Origin: Candidatus Woesearchaeota archaeon
Lineage (GTDB): Archaea; Nanobdellota; Nanobdellia; Woesearchaeales; GW2011-AR9
Direction of reading: 5' to 3'
NCBI GenBank assembly: GCA_016181265.1
Contig: JACOZP010000007.1
Location: 6,560 to 70,559 of the forward strand
DNA: 64,000 nucleotides
A model generated the notes under the pieces. The model was not told where the DNA came from. It did no database searches and saw nothing but the letters and a program-made list of their open reading frames with translations. Position numbers and translations under genes: made by a program. This document shows, piece by piece, positions 60,141-64,000 of the stretch; within the stretch, counting starts at the first letter, position 1; each line of letters starts with the position of its first letter.

Positions 60141-62321
60141 TTACACATTCTTAAGATAAAATATTTCTGTATAGTTAAAGTTACCCTTCTGCACCATTGA
60201 TCGTAGCTCATCGTGATCAACAGCGTAGACAATAAGATTAAAATTTTCTTTACTGTGGATAGGATCATGCCAGGGGAGACCAAACTCTTTCTCGACGACC
60301 TCGCGACTAAGAAGAGGATCATATCCCACAACACGAACATTATGATCTTGTAATTCCGTAATGAAATGTTTTACTCGACTGTTGCGATAGTCAGCCACAT
60401 TAGGTTTAAATGTCAATCCTAAAACCAATACGGAAGGAGAAAGATTCAGGCGTTCTTTTCTGGCTAAAATCCGGAGAACCTTCCCCGCGTAGAACTTGTG
60501 CATATCATCATTAATTCTTCGGCCTGCCAGGATCACATCCGGATGATAACCCAAACCTTGTGCTTTATACGTTAAATAATAAGGATCAACACCAATACAA
60601 TGGCCTCCCACCAAGCCTGGCTTATAATGATGAAAATTCCATTTTGTTCCCGCTGCTTCCAACACCTCAGAAGTATTGATCTTCATCCTGTCGAAGATGA
60701 TTGCCAGTTCATTCATGAGAGCGATGTTAAGATCACGCTGTATATTTTCGATGACTTTTGCCGCTTCAGCAACTTTGATCGTCGGCGCCCGGTGAGTTTT
60801 TGTGATCGTACTATACACAGAATCAATAACATCAAGACTTTCTTTGTCCATCCCCGAGACGATCTTAACCACCTTATCGATTGTATTCTTTTTGTCTCCT
60901 GGATTTATCCGCTCGGGACTATAACCTACTTTAAAGCCGACCCCACATTTCAGTCCAGAGAATTTCTCGATGATCGGGACACAAACTTCTTCTGTCACAC
61001 CAGGATAGACCGTGCTTTCATAAACGACAATCGTACCAGGTTTAATATTCTCTCCCACCACTTTTGATGAAGATTCCATATATTTCAGATCAGGCTTATT
61101 GTATTGATCGATCGGTGTTGGAACACAGACGATGATAAAATCAACTTCTTTAAGGGAAGAAGCTTTCGCCGTAAAATCTATCTTCACCGAACGAAGCTCT
61201 TCCTCCGAAACTTCACGAGTAGCATCCATACCCTTCCGAAGAGCATCGATTCTCTGCTCATTGACATCAAAACCAACGACAGGGAAGTGTTTTCCTAAAG
61301 CAACAGCAAGAGGAAGACCGACATAACCTAAACCCACAATGGCAATCTTCTTCTTTGTTCTACGCGCTTCTGCTGTAGTATACTCTCGATACCACGCGAT
61401 AAACTGATGAATCCCTTCTTCGATCGTCGTCTTCGGTTCCCATCCTAAGACTTCTTTTGTGCGATCAATGTCAGCATACGTCTTATGGACATCACCTTGT
61501 TGCATAGGCACAAACTGTTTCTCCGCTGTTCTACCTACCTCTTTCTCGATACAAGAGATAAAATGCATCAATTCGACCGGTTTGTTATTTCCTAGATTCA
61601 GGATCTCAAAGCCTTTTACTTTATCCAATGATTTTAAGACACCATCCACAATATCAGAGATGAACGTAAAATCACGAGAATGATCCCCGTTGTTAAAGAC
61701 TTGGATCGGCTTTCCTTCAATGATTGATTGCGTAAAATGGAATAATGCCATATCCGGCCTTCCCCAAGGCCCGTATACTGTAAAGAAACGGAGACCAAGA
61801 CAATTAAGTTCATAGAGAGAATGATAGACATGGGCCATATGTTCCGTGTGCTTCTTCGTCGCTGCATAGAGGGATATTGGTTGATCAACAGGATCCGTAA
61901 CTGAAAAAGGAATCTTTGTGTTTCCACCGTATACCGAACTAGAAGAAGCAAAGACTAAATCTTTAACATTAAACTCACGCATCAATTCCAAGATATTAAG
62001 AGTGCCGAGATTATTTGCTTTATGATAGACAAAGGGATTCTTCAGAGAATAACGCACCCCTGCTTGTGCTGCAAGGTGACAGATTTTATCAAAGGTATGA
62101 TTCAGAAAAACTTTTCGCAAAGCATCAAAATCGCTGATATCTAAGCGGTAAAAAGTAACTTTGTCCTGGATCTGTGCCAACCGTGCTTTCTTCAGGTTGA
62201 CATCATAATAATCATTAAGATTATCAACGACAACAATTTCATCGCCCCGCGCTAGCAGTGCTTTCGCCACGTGAAAACCGATAAACCCTGCACCACCCGT
62301 AACCAACACTCTCATGAACAT
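60141..62321 (-). CDS. fusion protein: UDP-(N-acetyl)hexuronate 4-epimerase (TviC/Cap1J-like SDR) + UDP-N-acetylhexosamine 6-dehydrogenase (TviB/WbpO-like)
   Basis: 726 aa. The N-terminal part has VLVTGGAGFIGFH..DNLNDYYD..YAATK. The C-terminal part has IAIVGLGYVGLPLA.. and GGHCIGVDP (catalytic Cys). Confidence 0.75.
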   Translation of the reverse strand: MFMRVLVTGGAGFIGFHVAKALLARGDEIVVVDNLNDYYDVNLKKARLAQIQDKVTFYRLDISDFDALRKVFLNHTFDKICHLAAQAGVRYSLKNPFVYHKANNLGTLNILELMREFNVKDLVFASSSSVYGGNTKIPFSVTDPVDQPISLYAATKKHTEHMAHVYHSLYELNCLGLRFFTVYGPWGRPDMALFHFTQSIIEGKPIQVFNNGDHSRDFTFISDIVDGVLKSLDKVKGFEILNLGNNKPVELMHFISCIEKEVGRTAEKQFVPMQQGDVHKTYADIDRTKEVLGWEPKTTIEEGIHQFIAWYREYTTAEARRTKKKIAIVGLGYVGLPLAVALGKHFPVVGFDVNEQRIDALRKGMDATREVSEEELRSVKIDFTAKASSLKEVDFIIVCVPTPIDQYNKPDLKYMESSSKVVGENIKPGTIVVYESTVYPGVTEEVCVPIIEKFSGLKCGVGFKVGYSPERINPGDKKNTIDKVVKIVSGMDKESLDVIDSVYSTITKTHRAPTIKVAEAAKVIENIQRDLNIALMNELAIIFDRMKINTSEVLEAAGTKWNFHHYKPGLVGGHCIGVDPYYLTYKAQGLGYHPDVILAGRRINDDMHKFYAGKVLRILARKERLNLSPSVLVLGLTFKPNVADYRNSRVKHFITELQDHNVRVVGYDPLLSREVVEKEFGLPWHDPIHSKENFNLIVYAVDHDELRSMVQKGNFNYTEIFYLKNV

Positions 62322-62338
62322 TTACAGACTAGAAAAGC

Positions 62339-62357
62339 GCTTTTAAAGATTGTGATT
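62339..62357 (-). promoter_or_regulatory. BRE/TATA-like box upstream of TviC-TviB-like fusion gene
   Basis: Coding-strand ATCACAATCTTTAAAAGCG lies about 25 nt upstream of the ATG at 62321. Confidence 0.45.
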
Positions 62358-62484
62358 TTGAAAGATAGAAATAGGGGATGAAAATTCACAGAGCCAACCG
62401 CAAGGAATGATAAAATGTGAGAGAAGGGGGGAAGCTGTGCCCGGTAATTGTCGGGGGGATGAGCGCCCAACTAGGTTTTAATGT

Positions 62485-62973
62485 TCATTGTTCGATAAAT
62501 TGCCCACTCTTCGTATCTCTCTTGCACTTATCCCAACGAAGAATTCTACCATGCATGGCTATGAAAATTCCTTTTTCTAGAACATTTATTGCTCCAATAG
62601 CAAGGCCAATATTAATTGGCGCATCAGAATTAGAAAATCTCTCTGGTCTCATTGCACCAGTAATAATTATAGTTTTATCTTTTATCTCATTCAAAACTCC
62701 TGCAGTATCAAGCATTGTATCGGTGCCATGGGTAATTATTAGTTTGTCAGTTTTCACTTTTTTGCAACTTTCCAATATCTTCTTTCTATCCTCTTCGGTA
62801 ATATCCAAACTATCTTTTCTTAAGACTGACAGTATTTCGTATTCAAAAGAGGGATTTAGTTTTTCCAGAATTCTTCCCACCGCGGGTTCAGATATCTCAA
62901 AGGCATACCCTCCTTTTGTTTTAGGGTAATCCTTATCAATTGTCCCGCCGGTTTGGATAAATGTAAGTTTCAT
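62485..62973 (-). CDS. single-domain L-asparaginase/glutaminase N-terminal-domain protein
   Basis: The ATG at 62973 gives 162 aa. Motifs QTGGTIDK (nucleophile Thr), THGTDTM and GAMRP are present. There is no asparaginase C-terminal domain. Confidence 0.6.
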   Translation of the reverse strand: MKLTFIQTGGTIDKDYPKTKGGYAFEISEPAVGRILEKLNPSFEYEILSVLRKDSLDITEEDRKKILESCKKVKTDKLIITHGTDTMLDTAGVLNEIKDKTIIITGAMRPERFSNSDAPINIGLAIGAINVLEKGIFIAMHGRILRWDKCKRDTKSGQFIEQ

Positions 62974-63001
62974 AAAGCCCGTAATACTAATATTTTTAGA
63001 T

Positions 63002-64000
63002 CTATTTCCTGCCCACTCCCACATACTCGAAGCCGTCTTCTCTTACCATTTCTGGCTCATAGATGTTTCGTCCATCAAAAACGATTTTGCGTTTCATCAT
63101 CTTTCCCAAATCAGCAAAATTGACATTGCGAAACTCATCCCATTCCGTCGCCAAAATAATCGCCGAACTGTCCATGACCGAATCAGAGAGTGAAGAAGCG
63201 TATCGTACTCTTTCCGCAAACACCTCTCGAGCATCTGCGTGAGCAACAGGATCGTACACAGTCACATCCGCGCCATGGGCAAGTAGTTCTTGAACCAGCG
63301 CTAGCGCGGGAGATTCGCGGATGTCACTGGTCTGCGGCTTGAAAGCAAGCCCCCAGATCGTAAACCGCTGTCCTTGCAACGTCTGACCAAACGTTGCTTT
63401 GATCTTATGAGTAAGATGTCTTTTCTGCCGCTCATTCAGAGCGTCAACTTCACGCAAGAGATGGGCATCATATCCTTTTTCCTGAGCAGTATGGATTAAT
63501 GCGCGCACGTCCTTCGGAAAACAGCTTCCACCATATCCGATTCCGGGATTCAGAAAACGCGGATTGATTCTATAATCAAGACCCATCGCTTGAGTAACCA
63601 TCTTCACATCTGCCCCCACTTTGTCACAGATGTTTGCCAGCTCATTGACAAAACTAATTTTTGTTGCTAAAAAAGAGTTATTCGCATATTTGATCATCTC
63701 AGCTGTTTCCCAGTCTGTTTCTAGAACCGGAATGTACGTTCGTGTCCGTCCCGTATAAATTCGTCGCAGAAGGGAATACGCCTTAGCAGTCTTCGCCCCC
63801 AGTACGATCTTGTCCGGATGCGTAAAATCATAGACTGCTTTTCCCTCAGCCAGAAATTCTGGATTGGAAACGACTTCTACCTCAGAGAGCGGATTTGTCT
63901 CTTGGATGAGCAGCTGACATCGCTGTGCTGTGCCTGGTGGCACCGTACTTTTATTGATCAATAATTTGTAGCCGTCAGCATACCGTGCAACCGTCTGCGC
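63002..64000 (-). CDS. ugd: UDP-glucose 6-dehydrogenase, N-terminally truncated by window edge
   Basis: The frame stays open through 64000 (..AQTVARYADGYKLLINKSTVPPGT). Motifs GGSCFPKD (catalytic Cys) and GLAFKPQTSDIRES are present. Confidence 0.85.
   Translation of the reverse strand, partial: AQTVARYADGYKLLINKSTVPPGTAQRCQLLIQETNPLSEVEVVSNPEFLAEGKAVYDFTHPDKIVLGAKTAKAYSLLRRIYTGRTRTYIPVLETDWETAEMIKYANNSFLATKISFVNELANICDKVGADVKMVTQAMGLDYRINPRFLNPGIGYGGSCFPKDVRALIHTAQEKGYDAHLLREVDALNERQKRHLTHKIKATFGQTLQGQRFTIWGLAFKPQTSDIRESPALALVQELLAHGADVTVYDPVAHADAREVFAERVRYASSLSDSVMDSSAIILATEWDEFRNVNFADLGKMMKRKIVFDGRNIYEPEMVREDGFEYVGVGRK

Noticed and set aside
62378-62465. GAAAATTCACAGAGCC resembles the repeat's 3' terminus. 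A G-rich tract follows (GGGGGGAAGCTGTGCCCGGTAATTGTCGGGGGGATGAGCGCCC).
   Set aside because: Only about 8 nt (ACAGAGCC) truly match the repeat. I could not fold the G-rich tract into a tRNA, a C/D-box RNA or another recognisable RNA. It remains an unexplained intergenic oddity.
1-64000. Search by eye for tRNA/rRNA genes, CRISPR arrays, transposases, integrases, and toxin-antitoxin or restriction-type defence genes.
   Set aside because: No T-loop-containing cloverleaf candidates appear in any intergenic region, and there are no regularly spaced direct repeats. No DDE, tyrosine-recombinase or serine-recombinase motifs appear in any ORF. The RmuC-like gene is the only nuclease-type candidate, and it stands alone.

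Overview
Archaeal chromosome segment: it carries archaeal-type ribosomal protein uS2, RadB, aMBF1 and a canonical AglB/STT3 with WWDYG. By eye it is about 40% GC and AT-rich in patches. A small-genome DPANN-like lineage is my inference only. I support about 67 CDS. They are tightly packed, with many ATGA/TTGA start-stop overlaps, several GTG/TTG starts, and TATA boxes about 25-30 nt upstream of start codons, so transcripts look largely leaderless. I found no rRNA, tRNA, CRISPR array, transposase or integrase.

Layout:
- 1-6.2 kb: housekeeping genes (YvcK/CofD-like, uS2, RadB, a histidine phosphatase).
- About 6.3-46 kb: a very large cell-surface glycan island. It holds at least 5 GT-C membrane transferases, GT2/GT4 enzymes, ALG7/ALG13/ALG14-like enzymes, a Wzx-like flippase, AsnB, nucleotide-sugar dehydratases, aminotransferases and epimerases (several fused), a UbiA+PAP2 pair, CE4 deacetylases and FemAB-like enzymes.
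- 48-51 kb: a B12-radical-SAM / small protein / methyltransferase / FG-GAP cluster.
- 52-57 kb: the AglB operon.
- 57-60 kb: a citryl-CoA synthetase + citryl-CoA lyase type citrate-cleavage operon.
- 60-64 kb: UDP-sugar dehydrogenase and epimerase genes.

Most interesting observations:
1. A three-copy, highly structured intergenic element (16258-16571, 28472-28617, 56736-56886). It shows compensatory base changes between copies, sits at a fixed position next to TATA boxes, and ends in oligo-T runs. It is a candidate new sRNA family or a MITE.
2. Two diverged copies of an Arn-like cassette for modifying and flipping a lipid-linked amino sugar (DegT-like + two mini-DMT proteins + CE4), each combined with FemAB-like transferases (20630-24273 and 38078-43674).
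3. A decaprenyl-phosphate phosphoribosyltransferase-like UbiA enzyme with a PAP2 phosphatase and an adjacent GT-C.
4. Two tandem STT3-like paralogs with degenerate WWDYG motifs.
5. A frame-fusing 19-nt tandem duplication inside a zinc-ribbon gene.

All functional calls rest on reading motifs in the supplied translations. No database search was run.
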